The position numbers and the translations under genes were made by a program. Positions 31,758 through 45,561 of a stretch of DNA of 64,000 nt are shown piece by piece. How positions within the stretch are numbered: the first letter of the stretch is position 1; each line of letters begins with the position of its first letter. The DNA is taken from NCBI GenBank assembly GCA_903893545.1, contig CAITMJ010000009.1, positions 299,045-363,044 of the forward strand. The letters are read 5' to 3'. Under the pieces are notes generated by a model. It was not told where the DNA came from and searched no databases. It saw nothing but the letters and a program-made list of their open reading frames with translations. The stretch comes from an uncultured Chlamydiae bacterium (GTDB taxonomy: Bacteria; Chlamydiota; Chlamydiia; Chlamydiales; SM23-39).

Positions 31758-32049
31758 CGATAACGGCTTGGCACGGCCAAGCCTAAGGATGACGGCTCGC
31801 AAGCGAGCCTATATGATACGCTCTCTCCGGGAGCTGACAGGATAAAAAAAGAACGCTTCGCGGCAGCGCAAGAGGCCACCGGGCCCGACTGAAAGTCGGT
31901 GCTGCGCTATTTGCGCAGCAGTAGGCTTCGCCTACGCCCGGTGGCCTCTCTTCTCCTCTTATCATGCCAGTCCGCCATTACAGGCGGACGTATCCTATAG
32001 GCTCGCGAGGCGAGCCGTCATCCTTAGGCTTGCGAGCAAGCCGTTATCG
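31758..32049. other. GC-rich nested-palindrome element: ~62-nt imperfect terminal inverted repeats around a 168-nt core with a perfect four-way junction; unclassified (structured ncRNA or non-autonomous mobile element)
   Basis: The left arm (31758-31820) matches the reverse complement of the right arm (31989-32049): CGATAACGGCTTG..CAAGCCTAAGGATGACGGCTCGC..GCGAGCCTATA.GATACG. Each arm carries two local hairpins. The core contains a 14-bp stem (31871-31884 with 31936-31949) enclosing three abutting hairpins. Confidence 0.55.
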
Positions 32050-32088
32050 TGTGAATTTCTTAATAACAAGCTAGAAGCGGCAACTTGT

Positions 32089-32664
32089 ATGATTGGCGCT
32101 TATGCCCCAGTGTTGGAAATTCTCAATGATTTAGAAATAAAATATTTCGGTGTAAGATTACCATATTGTCCTGAGAAAATGCACGCCTTCCGTGAAGAAA
32201 AACAAAAAGTAAAGTTTCCACCAGAGCCGATGCCGGAATACTTTTTCGCTCTAAGTCAAAGATGTGGAATTGGAGCTTTTTACATCAACATAGAAGGGAA
32301 ATATATTGAATTATCATCAACTAATTATATGTCCTTTTATGGACCATCAGTATTCAGTCATACAAGCAACAAACATTCGAACCTTCTATACACAAAATGT
32401 TCCCAACTTTATGAAGCTGCTATGCAAGAATCTGATCCAGAACTTCTTCTACAGAAATTAGGAATATTCTTTTGGGTAAATTGCCAAGCCAAATTGTGGA
32501 GCAAAGGAGAGCCTGCTATCGGTGAGATGATCATTCGAGCCGTTCTAGCGAGCAAGGGATTAAAATTTTCCGGGTGGAAACTAGGAATCATTCCTTGGGT
32601 AGAAGTATTCAAATACATCGATGGAAATGAATTTGGGAAGAATTTCAAGAATCTTCTCCAATAG
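32089..32664 (+). CDS. Hypothetical protein (orphan)
   Basis: This 191-aa AT-rich ORF is followed by a strong bidirectional terminator. No family was recognised. Confidence 0.45.
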   Translation: MIGAYAPVLEILNDLEIKYFGVRLPYCPEKMHAFREEKQKVKFPPEPMPEYFFALSQRCGIGAFYINIEGKYIELSSTNYMSFYGPSVFSHTSNKHSNLLYTKCSQLYEAAMQESDPELLLQKLGIFFWVNCQAKLWSKGEPAIGEMIIRAVLASKGLKFSGWKLGIIPWVEVFKYIDGNEFGKNFKNLLQ

Positions 32665-32719
32665 TTATACTACCGCAGCCAGCTATTTGTCTTATTTTTG
32701 GGTAGAGAGTGAATAGAAA

Positions 32720-32752
32720 AGGCCCAGGAGAAATCCTGGGCCTTTGTTGTTT
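32720..32752. terminator. Bidirectional rho-independent terminator between the orphan ORF and rpoC
   Basis: A 9-bp GC-rich stem, AGGCCCAGG (32720-28) with CCTGGGCCT (32735-43), has the loop AGAAAT. It is followed by TTGTTGTTT on the + strand and by TTTCTATTC on the - strand. Confidence 0.75.
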
Positions 32753-35700
32753 AAACAGCTGCTGTTTCTGAAATGAAGTCGATGTCGAGTTCTTCAGCGC
32801 TTTGGGCGTCGATGAACTTATTGACCTTCTTGTGATATTCAAAACCAGTACCGCCAGGAATCATGTGGCCCATAATGAGGTTGGCCTTGATGTCGAGGAG
32901 GTAGTCGGTCTTGCTCTCGCAAGCCGCTTCGGTAAGGACGCGAGTCGTCTCTTGGAAGGACGCTGCCGAAACAAACGATTCTGTTCCAAGGGAAGCGCGA
33001 GTGATTCCAAGGAGGATCGGAGCTGCTTGTGCAGGCTTGCCCCCCTCTTCGATCGTCTTGCGGTTCTGTTCATGGAACGCTTTCTTGTCGATGTCTTCGC
33101 CATGTAGGAAGGTCGTATCGCCTGGATCGGTGATGCGCACTTTCTGGAGCATTTGACGAGCGATGATCTCGATGTGCTTGTCGTTGATGTCCACACCCTG
33201 TAGGCGATAGACTTCTTGCACCTGGTTGACCAAGTATTTTTGGAGTTCGCGAACGCCGCAAATATCGAGGATCTCCTGGAGAACGACGAGTCCTTCAGTC
33301 ATCTGCTGCCCCTTAATCACGTTATCGCCTTTCTGGACGATCAAGTGCTTATTGAGCGGGATGAGATGCTCTTCTTCCATGCCTGTGACATCGTCTCGAA
33401 CGACGACAATCCGCTTGTTCTTCTGAACGCCGCGGAAATCGACGATACCGTCAATTTTTGCGATTTCAGCAGAATCTTTTGGACGGCGAGCTTCGAAGAG
33501 TTCAGCCACGCGCGGGAGGCCGCCAGTGATGTCCTTCGTTTTGATCGCGCCACGAGGCAGTTTTGCGAGGATCATACCCGCTGCGACAAACTGTCCTTCG
33601 CGAGAGGTGATCACAGCGCTAGACGGAATCGCATAGGTACCGATGAGTTCGTTGCACTCTTTGTCTGTAAAGATCGAGATTTGCGGGTGAAGCTCTCCAC
33701 GGTGCTGCTTGACGATCAGCTCGACCTGGCCTGTCTGTTTGTTGACTTCGCGCTGGGTAGAAATCCCTTCGACGAGGTCTTCGTATTTGACATATCCTGG
33801 GCGTTCGCAAATGATCGGGCTGCTGTGTTGCTCCCACTGACCGACTTTGGTCTTTTTCTTGACTTTTGTGCCGTCAGCAAAAAGAACTTTCGTTCCGAGT
33901 TCAATCGTAAAGGATTGGAGAGGCTCGATCGATTTATTTTTCAGAAGTTTTTTGTAGTCTTCCATCGATCTTCCCTCGTCTTTGACGATCTGGAGAGAGC
34001 CGTTTTTGTTCAACGCAAGCCAATGTCCTTCTTCGTTCTGTACGACGCGAAGGTCCATATAGACGAGAATGCCATCATGCTCAGAGATGAGCTCTGGGCT
34101 AAGGCCCGCAGATGCGATACCGCCCAAGTGGAACGTTCTCATCGTAAGCTGCGTTCCCGGTTCACCGATAGACTGGGCAGCGATGATGCCGATTGCCTCG
34201 CCGAGGCCGACAAGACTGCCAGACGCAAGGTTAAGGCCATAGCACTTGGCGCAAATGCCGCGTCTGCTCTCGCAAGTAAGAGCGGAACGGATGCGGACGT
34301 TTTCAATCCCCGCGTCATCGATCGCTTCTGCTTGCAGTGCGGTAATCACATCGCCTGAACGAGCAAGAACTTTCTTGCTGTTGCCCGGCTGGTAGATGTC
34401 ATCGAGAACGGTTCGGCCGAAAATTCGGTCTTTGAGCGAAAAGAGCTCTTCCGTTCCTTGCTTGATCGGAGTGATTTCGATACCGTTGAGGGTACCGCAA
34501 TCGACACGAGTGACAATAACGTCTTGTGCAACGTCGACTAAGCGACGAGTCAAGTATCCAGAGTCAGCCGTTTTCAAGGCGGTATCTGAAAGACCTTTAC
34601 GCGCTCCGTGCGTCGAAATAAAGAATTCCATCACAGTCAACCCCTCGCGGAAGTTGGCCGTAATTGGAGATTCGATGATCTCGCCAGACGGTTTAGCCAT
34701 CAGTCCTCGAAGTGCTCCGAGCTGCTTGACCTGAGATTTGTTACCGCGAGCTCCAGAGTCTACCATGAGATAGAGAGGATTGAGATCGCCGGAGGTCGAT
34801 TCAAAGATGAGCTTAAAAAGTTCCTCAGAAAGTCTGTCAGATACTTCTGTCCAGATGCTGATGATCTTCGAGTGGCGCTCCCCTTCGGTGATGATTCCGT
34901 CTTCGTATTGTTTTTTGACAACCGCAACGCGTTTGTACGCATCTTCTAAGACCTGCTTCTTATGAGGAGGAACTTTGATGTCGCACATACCCATCGAAAT
35001 CGCCGCTTTGGTCGCTTCGGCAAAGCCCAAATTCTTCATGTTATCGAGGAACTGAACAGCCGACTCAAGACCTAGCTTTTTATAGCACTCAAGCACCAGT
35101 TCAGAGAGTCTCTTCTTGCGAAGGACGTAGTTCTGGAAGCCAAGGCCTTTTGGAACGATCGTATTGAAGATGACTCGCCCTGGAGTCGTTTCAATGATGC
35201 CCCCTTCGATGAGAACTTTGATCTTCTCATGGACGTGGATGCCGCGAGTTAAGAGTTCGCGAGGACCAGTCTTCTCTTTCCCGTGCTGATCGAACCAGCT
35301 AAAGCTGCCGCTCGAATAGACAGCCATCAAGACTTCTTCTGGACTTGCAAAAATTTTGATTTTACGTCCGAGTTTTTCCGGATGGATAACTGGGTCGTGC
35401 ATCAAGTAATAAAGACCGAGGATCATATCTTGCGCAGGAATCGCAACGGGTTTACCCGAGGAAGGCAAGAAGATGTTGTCTGGCGCCATCATCAAAAGCT
35501 TCGCTTCGAGCTGTGCTTCGATGGAAAGCGGGATGTGAACCGCCATCTGGTCCCCGTCGAAGTCGGCGTTGAATGCCGGAGTGACAAGGGGGTGAATGCG
35601 GATCGCTTTCCCTTCGATCAATACGGGCTCAAATGCCTGAATGCCGAGGCGGTGAAGCGTAGGAGCTCGGTTTAAGAGAACCGGGTGCCCTTTGATGATC

Positions 35701-36935
35701 TCTTCCAACACGTCCCAAACTTCTGGGGCTTGCTTTTGGATCATCTTCTTGGCTGAACGGATGGTGTAGACGAGTCCTAAATCTTTCAGGCGTTTAACGA
35801 TGAATGGCTCGAATAGATCGAGGGCCATTTTCTTCGGTAGACCGCACTGGTTAAAGCGAAGTTCTGGACCGACGACGATGACAGAACGGCCAGAGTAGTC
35901 GACCCGTTTTCCAAGGAGGTTTTGACGGAATCGGCCTTGCTTTCCCTTGAGCATTTCAGACAGGGCTTTCAGCGGTCGATTGCCTGCGCCCATTACTGGG
36001 TGGCCATGGCGACCGTTATCGAAGAGAGCATCGACTGCCTCTTGGAGCATCCTTTTCTCATTGCGAACGATCACATCCGGCGTCTTGAGCTTTAAAATCG
36101 ACTTGAGACGGTTATTTCGGTTGATAACGCGTCGATAGAGATCGTTAAGATCGGAGGTCGCAAAGCGGCCGCCATCCAATGGAACGAGCGGTCGTAGATC
36201 TGGTGGGATTACAGGAACGCAGGAAAGAACCATCCAATCAGGGTTGTTTGTAGAAGTCGCAAATCCTTCGACAATTTTCAAACGCTTTGCGAGCTTCATA
36301 CGCGCTTGCATCGATTTGGTCTTGCGAAGCTTATCCTTCAATTCGACGACAAGGCCGCTTAGGTCTTCTGTCTTGAGAAGTTCAGCAATCGCCTCTCCGC
36401 CCATTTTGACAGTGAACGATTCGGCGCCCCATTTATCTTGCGCTTCGCGATACTCGGTATCATTGAGGAGCTGCTTTTTCTGGAGTTCTGTAGAGCCTGC
36501 ATTGGTCACGACGTATTCTTCATAGTAAATAACCCGTTCGAGATCGGACGTGGACATCCCGAGAATGTTGCCGATGCGAGAAGGCATCGTCTTGAAGAAC
36601 CAAATATGGACGACAGGAACAGCCAAGTCGACGTGAGCCATCCGCTCTCGTCGCACTTTAGACAAAGTCACTTCTACGCCGCAACGATCGCAGACAATGC
36701 CCTTGTGCTTAATTTTTTTATATTTCCCGCATGCGCATTCCCAATCGCGAGTAGGTCCAAATATTTTCTCGCAAAAAAGACCCCCTTTTTCAGGCTTGAA
36801 CGTACGGTAATTAATCGTTTCCGGCTTCTTGATTTCGCCGCGCGACCATTGATTTCGGACTACATCGTCCGATGCAATTTTGATCGTCAACTTATCGAAG
36901 TGGGAAGCTCTTACATCCTCATCTGCATCAAACAT
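32751..36935 (-). CDS. rpoC: DNA-directed RNA polymerase subunit beta'
   Basis: The catalytic motif [12 protein letters not shown] and the zinc-binding N-terminus ([23 protein letters not shown]) are present. The protein is 1394 aa. Confidence 0.98.
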   Translation of the reverse strand: MFDADEDVRASHFDKLTIKIASDDVVRNQWSRGEIKKPETINYRTFKPEKGGLFCEKIFGPTRDWECACGKYKKIKHKGIVCDRCGVEVTLSKVRRERMAHVDLAVPVVHIWFFKTMPSRIGNILGMSTSDLERVIYYEEYVVTNAGSTELQKKQLLNDTEYREAQDKWGAESFTVKMGGEAIAELLKTEDLSGLVVELKDKLRKTKSMQARMKLAKRLKIVEGFATSTNNPDWMVLSCVPVIPPDLRPLVPLDGGRFATSDLNDLYRRVINRNNRLKSILKLKTPDVIVRNEKRMLQEAVDALFDNGRHGHPVMGAGNRPLKALSEMLKGKQGRFRQNLLGKRVDYSGRSVIVVGPELRFNQCGLPKKMALDLFEPFIVKRLKDLGLVYTIRSAKKMIQKQAPEVWDVLEEIIKGHPVLLNRAPTLHRLGIQAFEPVLIEGKAIRIHPLVTPAFNADFDGDQMAVHIPLSIEAQLEAKLLMMAPDNIFLPSSGKPVAIPAQDMILGLYYLMHDPVIHPEKLGRKIKIFASPEEVLMAVYSSGSFSWFDQHGKEKTGPRELLTRGIHVHEKIKVLIEGGIIETTPGRVIFNTIVPKGLGFQNYVLRKKRLSELVLECYKKLGLESAVQFLDNMKNLGFAEATKAAISMGMCDIKVPPHKKQVLEDAYKRVAVVKKQYEDGIITEGERHSKIISIWTEVSDRLSEELFKLIFESTSGDLNPLYLMVDSGARGNKSQVKQLGALRGLMAKPSGEIIESPITANFREGLTVMEFFISTHGARKGLSDTALKTADSGYLTRRLVDVAQDVIVTRVDCGTLNGIEITPIKQGTEELFSLKDRIFGRTVLDDIYQPGNSKKVLARSGDVITALQAEAIDDAGIENVRIRSALTCESRRGICAKCYGLNLASGSLVGLGEAIGIIAAQSIGEPGTQLTMRTFHLGGIASAGLSPELISEHDGILVYMDLRVVQNEEGHWLALNKNGSLQIVKDEGRSMEDYKKLLKNKSIEPLQSFTIELGTKVLFADGTKVKKKTKVGQWEQHSSPIICERPGYVKYEDLVEGISTQREVNKQTGQVELIVKQHRGELHPQISIFTDKECNELIGTYAIPSSAVITSREGQFVAAGMILAKLPRGAIKTKDITGGLPRVAELFEARRPKDSAEIAKIDGIVDFRGVQKNKRIVVVRDDVTGMEEEHLIPLNKHLIVQKGDNVIKGQQMTEGLVVLQEILDICGVRELQKYLVNQVQEVYRLQGVDINDKHIEIIARQMLQKVRITDPGDTTFLHGEDIDKKAFHEQNRKTIEEGGKPAQAAPILLGITRASLGTESFVSAASFQETTRVLTEAACESKTDYLLDIKANLIMGHMIPGGTGFEYHKKVNKFIDAQSAEELDIDFISETAAV

Positions 36936-36959
36936 CTAATTTATCTCCCAAAAGCAAGA

Positions 36960-40718
<3,759 letters not shown>

Positions 40719-40769
40719 GTGGGCAACTCCATCAATTCATTAGAACGTAAGTAAAAACAAATAAGCAGA

Positions 40770-40788
40770 AGTCACCCAAAAAGTGACT
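40770..40788 (-). terminator. Candidate weak terminator/attenuator hairpin between rplL and rpoB
   Basis: On the minus strand the sequence reads AGTCAC-TTTTTGG-GTGACT followed by TCTGCTTATTTGTTTTTAC. The stem is only 6 bp. A partial terminator at this position is known in other bacteria. Confidence 0.35.
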
Positions 40789-40819
40789 CCTGCACAGCAT
40801 ACATCAAAGGCGTTTAAGT

Positions 40820-41206
40820 TTAAAGCCCTACGAGCTTAACCTTTGCGCCGGCAGCCGTAAGCTTCTTCAAGATCTCTTCGGCTTCTGCTTTTGGAGCAGT
40901 TGCTTTGATATCTTTCGGAGCGCCTTCAACCATGTCTTTTGCCTCTTTTAGACCAAGTCCTGTAACTTCACGGACGGCCTTGATGATGCTAATTTTCTTA
41001 TCATCTGGGATTGGACCTTCAAGGGTGACCTTGAATTCAGTCGACTCAGATGCTGGAGCAGCAGCAGCTGCTGCTACTGGTGCTGCAGATGCAACAGCGG
41101 CAGTAACGCCCCACTTGCTTTCTAGTTTTTCTTTGAGCTTCGCCATGTCGACGACAGAGAGTTGGCTCAGCTTTTCTACCAAATCTTCTAAGTGCTGTTG
41201 ACTCAT
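40820..41206 (-). CDS. rplL: 50S ribosomal protein L7/L12
   Basis: It has an Ala-rich hinge ([17 protein letters not shown]). The C-terminal domain reads [23 protein letters not shown]. Confidence 0.97.
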   Translation of the reverse strand: MSQQHLEDLVEKLSQLSVVDMAKLKEKLESKWGVTAAVASAAPVAAAAAAPASESTEFKVTLEGPIPDDKKISIIKAVREVTGLGLKEAKDMVEGAPKDIKATAPKAEAEEILKKLTAAGAKVKLVGL

Positions 41207-41239
41207 TTTTTTAATCTCCTAAATCAAATTTAATCTTTG

Positions 41240-41734
41240 TTACTCCGCACCGGTTGACGCTGCAATTTTTGCTTCCATTACGGAAAGTGTCTGCGCCATC
41301 GGCGATACAAGAAGGGCGAGGAATTGAGCTCTCATCTCGTTAATTCCAGGCAGTTTCGAGAGGTATACAACTTCTGATCCTGGAATGAGTTTGCCCTCTA
41401 TCTGTCCACAGAGGACTTGGAGCACATCGGAATGTTCTTGCGAAAACTTTAAAAGGGCTTTAGCAGAAGGCATTGCATCGGGCTGTTGTACGAAGACAAC
41501 GCCAATATGCCCCGCTAAGAGCGATTCATCGATCTGAATCCCTGCAACCGCAGCCGCTTTTAAGAAAACTCTCTTGCGAACGACTTCAAAATGGCCACCG
41601 GCCTTCTGCAGTTGCTCCCGAAGATCCCAAGCATGGTTGGGAGGAAGTTTTACATAGTTTACGGCAATCAGAGCAGCAGATCCGTCGATCTTATCCTTGA
41701 TTTCGTTCAAAAGTAATTGTTTTTCAGCTCTCAT
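41240..41734 (-). CDS. rplJ: 50S ribosomal protein L10
   Basis: The 164-aa protein sits between rplA and rplL. Its N-terminus is typical of L10. Confidence 0.9.
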   Translation of the reverse strand: MRAEKQLLLNEIKDKIDGSAALIAVNYVKLPPNHAWDLREQLQKAGGHFEVVRKRVFLKAAAVAGIQIDESLLAGHIGVVFVQQPDAMPSAKALLKFSQEHSDVLQVLCGQIEGKLIPGSEVVYLSKLPGINEMRAQFLALLVSPMAQTLSVMEAKIAASTGAE

Positions 41735-41748
41735 TGAAATCCCCTAAA

Positions 41749-42447
41749 TTAAGCCGTTGTCGCTGATGAAATATCGATTTTCAAACCGGGTCCCATCGTC
41801 GTCGAGATATACATCGAACGGAGGTAAACTCCTTTCGAACTCGAAGGCTTGGCCCTGTTGATCGCATTGATCAGGACTTGGAGGTTCTCGAGAAGGCTTT
41901 CCTGCTTAAAGGAGACTTTGCCGACAGCGCTATTGATATTGCCGGTTTTATCGACTTTAAACTCGATTTTACCTGCTTTTACCTCTCTGACCGCTTTAGC
42001 GATATCTACTGTAACAGTTCCCGCTTTAGGAGTAGGCATGAGGCCACGAGGGCCGAGTACTTTTCCCAATTTCCCGAGTTCGCGCATCATATCAGGGGTC
42101 GAGATCAGTGCAGAGAAATCAACCCAACCACCCTTGATTTTCTCAAGAATGTCGTCTGCTCCTACATAATCTGCTCCTGCATCGAGCGCTTCTTTCGCTT
42201 TATCGCCTTTTGCTATGACGACGAGAACGATTTTTTGCCCGGTTCCATGAGGAAGAGAGACTGTGCCTCTCACTTGCTGATCAGACTTCTTCGGATCAAC
42301 GCCCACTTTTAGGGCCATATTGACGGATTGGTCAAACTTAACAGCAGGTACTTTTTTGAGGATCGCTATCGCTTCCTCTAATTTGTACGCTTTGTTCGGA
42401 TCGACCATTTTGTCGATCTCTCGCATACGCTTGGATCGTTTTGCCAT
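41749..42447 (-). CDS. rplA: 50S ribosomal protein L1
   Basis: The 232-aa protein shows [11 protein letters not shown] and [15 protein letters not shown]. Confidence 0.95.
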   Translation of the reverse strand: MAKRSKRMREIDKMVDPNKAYKLEEAIAILKKVPAVKFDQSVNMALKVGVDPKKSDQQVRGTVSLPHGTGQKIVLVVIAKGDKAKEALDAGADYVGADDILEKIKGGWVDFSALISTPDMMRELGKLGKVLGPRGLMPTPKAGTVTVDIAKAVREVKAGKIEFKVDKTGNINSAVGKVSFKQESLLENLQVLINAINRAKPSSSKGVYLRSMYISTTMGPGLKIDISSATTA

Positions 42448-42449
42448 GG

Positions 42450-42878
42450 TTAATCCTCTGTAATGTCTACGCCCATGGAGCGAGCCGTGCCCATGACTAA
42501 CATCATGGCAGCTTCTTCGGACCCTACTCTCATGTCTTCAATTTTTTGCTTCGCGATTTTGCGAACTTGAGCCTTTGTCAATTTACCAACCTTGTCTCGG
42601 TTTGGTACTTTAGAGCCCGATTCAATCCCCAACTCTTTCAAAATCATCCTAGATACAGGAGATTGACGAGTGATAAAGGTGAATGATTTATCTGCATAGA
42701 TGCTGATAACGACAGGGAGAATGTCCCCAGCCTTATCTTGCGTCTTTGCATTGAATTCCTTACAGAAAGCCATGATGTTGATCCCTGCAGATCCGAGGGC
42801 TGGGCCGATCGGAGGCGCTGGGTTGGCTTTGCCCGCAGGAATCTGCAGTCTAACTGTCTTGACTAGTTTTTTTGCCAT
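42450..42878 (-). CDS. rplK: 50S ribosomal protein L11
   Basis: The 142-aa protein shows [17 protein letters not shown]. Confidence 0.97.
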   Translation of the reverse strand: MAKKLVKTVRLQIPAGKANPAPPIGPALGSAGINIMAFCKEFNAKTQDKAGDILPVVISIYADKSFTFITRQSPVSRMILKELGIESGSKVPNRDKVGKLTKAQVRKIAKQKIEDMRVGSEEAAMMLVMGTARSMGVDITED

Positions 42879-42943
42879 TTTCCTTTTTCCTTCAATGAGT
42901 TCTGGCGAATAGAGATTTCCCTACTCTCCCCATGCGAAAAACT

Positions 42944-43489
42944 CTATCCTGCATTCTCGGCTGTCGCTTGTTCGACTTGCCAGAATTCAAGATCGTCGAC
43001 GCGTGTATCTCGACCAAAGATCGAAACCATAACGCTGAGTCTTCCTTTTTCGTGGTTGACTTCTGTCACCGTTCCGATAAAGTTGATGAAAACTCCATCG
43101 GTAATTTTGACTCGGTCGCCCACATCGACTTTATGCTTCTGGACGACGCCTTTTTGGCGATCTTCCAGTTCTTTCAACATATTGCCCACTTCTTTTTCTG
43201 TGAGCGCAGCTGGCTTTTCGCCGCCTAAGAAATCGATGACGCCAGGGACATTTTTGACAAACGCCCACGACTCATCATCGAGATTCATCTTTACGAGAAG
43301 ATAGCCGGGCCACATCCGTTTTTCTGAGATCTTCTGCTGTCCTCGCTTGACCTCAGAGACATTTTCTGTCGGCATTAAAACTTCGGTAATCGTTTCGGAT
43401 AGTCCCTTGGTTTGGATCGCATCGTCCAAGGACTTTTTCACTTTTTTCTCGTGACCCGAAATCACTTGTAAGACATACCACTTATGCAT
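42944..43489 (-). CDS. nusG: Transcription termination/antitermination factor NusG
   Basis: It has an NGN domain (WYVLQVISGHEKKV) and a C-terminal KOW motif (GDRVKITDGVFINFIGTV). Confidence 0.95.
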   Translation of the reverse strand: MHKWYVLQVISGHEKKVKKSLDDAIQTKGLSETITEVLMPTENVSEVKRGQQKISEKRMWPGYLLVKMNLDDESWAFVKNVPGVIDFLGGEKPAALTEKEVGNMLKELEDRQKGVVQKHKVDVGDRVKITDGVFINFIGTVTEVNHEKGRLSVMVSIFGRDTRVDDLEFWQVEQATAENAG

Positions 43490-43503
43490 CTCTTCTTCTC
43501 TCT

Positions 43504-43734
43504 TTAACCAAATATGAAACGTGCGATAGATCCAATTCCATCGAGCACGCCCCGAATTCCAAGGTCTGCGATGTAGATCGCAAATCCAAATATAAAGGTC
43601 GCCAAAATGACCGCCTTCGTCGAGTAAAGTAGCTCCTGCTTCGGAGTCCAGGTGACCTTCTTCAGCTCATTTTGAACTTCTCGAAAGTAGGATTCCTTTT
43701 TTCTTTCTTTCGGCGCCACTGTCGTCATCGTCAT
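43504..43734 (-). CDS. secE: Preprotein translocase subunit SecE
   Basis: The 76-aa protein has the motif ELKKVTWTP followed by a single TM segment. It lies between tRNA-Trp and nusG. Confidence 0.9.
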   Translation of the reverse strand: MTMTTVAPKERKKESYFREVQNELKKVTWTPKQELLYSTKAVILATFIFGFAIYIADLGIRGVLDGIGSIARFIFG

Positions 43735-43764
43735 TCCCTTTACTCCCCTCTCTCTTCTTTTAAT

Positions 43765-43837
43765 CGAGTGCGGAGGGACTCGAACCCCCGACCAGCGACT
43801 TTGGAGATCGCTGCTCTACCAACTGAGCTACACACCC
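43765..43837 (-). tRNA. trnW: tRNA-Trp (anticodon CCA)
   Basis: The minus strand reads GGGTGTGTAGCTCAGTTGGTAGAGCAGCGATCTCCAAAGTCGCTGGTCGGGGGTTCGAGTCCCTCCGCACTCG. A cloverleaf was folded by hand, with T-loop GGTTCGAGTCC and anticodon loop CTCCAAA. Confidence 0.92.
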
Positions 43838-43880
43838 AAATGTATGGGGTTCCATCTTAGCAGAGAGAACCCCTCCAAAA

Positions 43881-45065
43881 CTACTTGATAATTTTGGATA
43901 CCGTTCCAGCGCCGATCGTACGGCCGCCTTCGCGGATCGCAAAACGGATTCCATCTTCCATCGCAACTGGGTGGATGAGTTCAGCTTCTAGCTCAACGTT
44001 ATCGCCGGGCATGACCATCTCAGTTCCCGCAGGAAGAGTCACAGTTCCCGTTACGTCCGTTGTACGGAAGTAGAACTGTGGTCTATAGCCGGAGAAGAAC
44101 GGCTTATGGCGACCGCCTTCATCTTTGGTCAAAATATAAACTGTCCCTTTGAACTTGCTATGCGGTGTGCAGGTTCCAGGAGCAGCGAGGACCATTCCGC
44201 GCTCTACATCGTTTTTCTCAATACTTCGAAGGAGAACACCGACGTTTTCCCCTGCAAGGGCTTCGTCCAAAAGCTTGTTGAACATCTCAAGACCAGTCGC
44301 AACGGAGTCGCGCGTTTCGCGGATACCGACGATTTGGATCTTGTCGTTGACCTTGATTCTACCTTTTTCAACACGACCTGTGACAACCGTACCGCGGCCA
44401 GAAATCGAGAATACGTCCTCGATCGGCATAAGGAATGGTTTATCGATTTCACGGACAGGCGTTGGGATTTTTTGGTCAACCGTTTCCATCAATTTGAGGA
44501 TCGACTGAACATATACTGGATCTCCTTCGAGAGCCTTCAAAGCGCTGCCGCGGATGATCGGCACGTTTTTGTAGCCTTTCGATTCGAGGAGTTCTGTGAG
44601 TTCCATTTCGACGAGTTCGACGAGCTCTTCGTCGCCCTTGCCGATCATGTCCATTTTATTCAAAAATACGACGATCGCAGGAACGCCTACTTGGTGAGCA
44701 AGCAGGATGTGCTCTTTGGTCTGCGGCATCGGACCATCAGTTGCTGCGACGACGAGAATAGCACCGTCCATTTGAGCCGCACCGGTAATCATATTTTTGA
44801 CGTAGTCGGCGTGACCTGGGCAGTCTACGTGAGCGTAGTGCCGCGATGCAGTTTCGTATTCGACGTGCGATGCGTTGATCGTAATCCCACGAGCTTTTTC
44901 TTCAGGCGTGTTATCGATGGAAGCGTAGTCGCGGAATTTCGCGCCGCCTCGTTCTGCAAGCACTTTCGTGATCGCTGCTGTTAAAGTCGTTTTACCGTGG
45001 TCAACGTGTCCGATCGTCCCAATATTGACGTGCGGCTTCTTTCTCTGAAATGCTTCTTTTGCCAT
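43881..45065 (-). CDS. tuf: Elongation factor Tu
   Basis: G motifs [14 protein letters not shown] and NKMD are present. The protein is 394 aa. Confidence 0.98.
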   Translation of the reverse strand: MAKEAFQRKKPHVNIGTIGHVDHGKTTLTAAITKVLAERGGAKFRDYASIDNTPEEKARGITINASHVEYETASRHYAHVDCPGHADYVKNMITGAAQMDGAILVVAATDGPMPQTKEHILLAHQVGVPAIVVFLNKMDMIGKGDEELVELVEMELTELLESKGYKNVPIIRGSALKALEGDPVYVQSILKLMETVDQKIPTPVREIDKPFLMPIEDVFSISGRGTVVTGRVEKGRIKVNDKIQIVGIRETRDSVATGLEMFNKLLDEALAGENVGVLLRSIEKNDVERGMVLAAPGTCTPHSKFKGTVYILTKDEGGRHKPFFSGYRPQFYFRTTDVTGTVTLPAGTEMVMPGDNVELEAELIHPVAMEDGIRFAIREGGRTIGAGTVSKIIK

Positions 45066-45108
45066 GCGAAAATCCTCCGTTAGGCGCTCTAAAAATTTGT
45101 TTTTACCT

Positions 45109-45180
45109 TGCCCAAGATAGGAATCGAACCTACGACCACTTGCTTACCATGCAAGTGCTCTACCACTGAGCTACCTGGGC
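45109..45180 (-). tRNA. trnT: tRNA-Thr (anticodon GGT)
   Basis: The minus strand reads GCCCAGGTAGCTCAGTGGTAGAGCACTTGCATGGTAAGCAAGTGGTCGTAGGTTCGATTCCTATCTTGGGCA. A cloverleaf was folded by hand, with T-loop GGTTCGATTCC. Confidence 0.92.
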
Positions 45181-45238
45181 GTCCCTTACAAAAGGTTATA
45201 AGTTTAATCTCTTAGGTCAATTCAATCAATCCAAAATA

Positions 45239-45457
45239 TTATTTCTGACGATAAACGATTCTCGCCTTCGTCAGATCATAAGGCGATAACTCGACGGTGA
45301 CATTGTCTCCGACATAGACTCGGATATTGCGCATCCGCATTTTTCCACAGAGATGGGCAATTACGCGCATCTCATTTTGCAGAACTACACTAAAATTCAT
45401 ATTCGGCAACAGTTCTTCAACTTTGCCTTCCATTACGATCGTCTCTTCTTTGGCCAT
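45239..45457 (-). CDS. infA: Translation initiation factor IF-1
   Basis: The 72-aa S1-like protein shows [33 protein letters not shown]. Confidence 0.97.
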   Translation of the reverse strand: MAKEETIVMEGKVEELLPNMNFSVVLQNEMRVIAHLCGKMRMRNIRVYVGDNVTVELSPYDLTKARIVYRQK

Positions 45458-45561
45458 AACACTTTTAGATGGAAATGCCTCTTATGAAACACCATGTGTC
45501 CATTAATTGTCAAATGACTTTTCTCTTTTTTTTTAAAAACTTTCGGGTAAACTACTAGGCC

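Noticed and set aside
31783-31965. 60-aa minus-strand ORF inside the GC-rich structured element
   Set aside because: The open frame is explained by the GC-rich palindromic sequence. There is no RBS, and the translation (Arg/Pro/Ala-rich) looks non-coding.
31744-32053. Whether the structured element is tmRNA, RNase P RNA, a tRNA, a cobalamin or other riboswitch, an integron attC or a retron msr/msd
   Set aside because: There is no tRNA-like GGTTCGA T-arm plus tag ORF (tmRNA), and no GAGGAAAGTCC P4 motif (RNase P). The cloverleaf stems of 14/5/8/6 bp with 5/5/3-nt loops are incompatible with a tRNA. There is no B12 box. The termini do not fit RYYYAAC/GTTRRRY (attC). No reverse transcriptase gene lies nearby (retron). 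The element is therefore left unclassified.
33216-34358. 380-aa ORF on the + strand inside rpoC
   Set aside because: It lies entirely antisense to the strongly supported rpoC CDS. Its composition is low-complexity (D/F/R-rich), typical of a shadow frame. It has no RBS and no motif.
44106-44984. 292-aa ORF on the + strand inside tuf
   Set aside because: It is antisense to EF-Tu, one of the best-supported genes in the window. This is a shadow ORF caused by codon bias.
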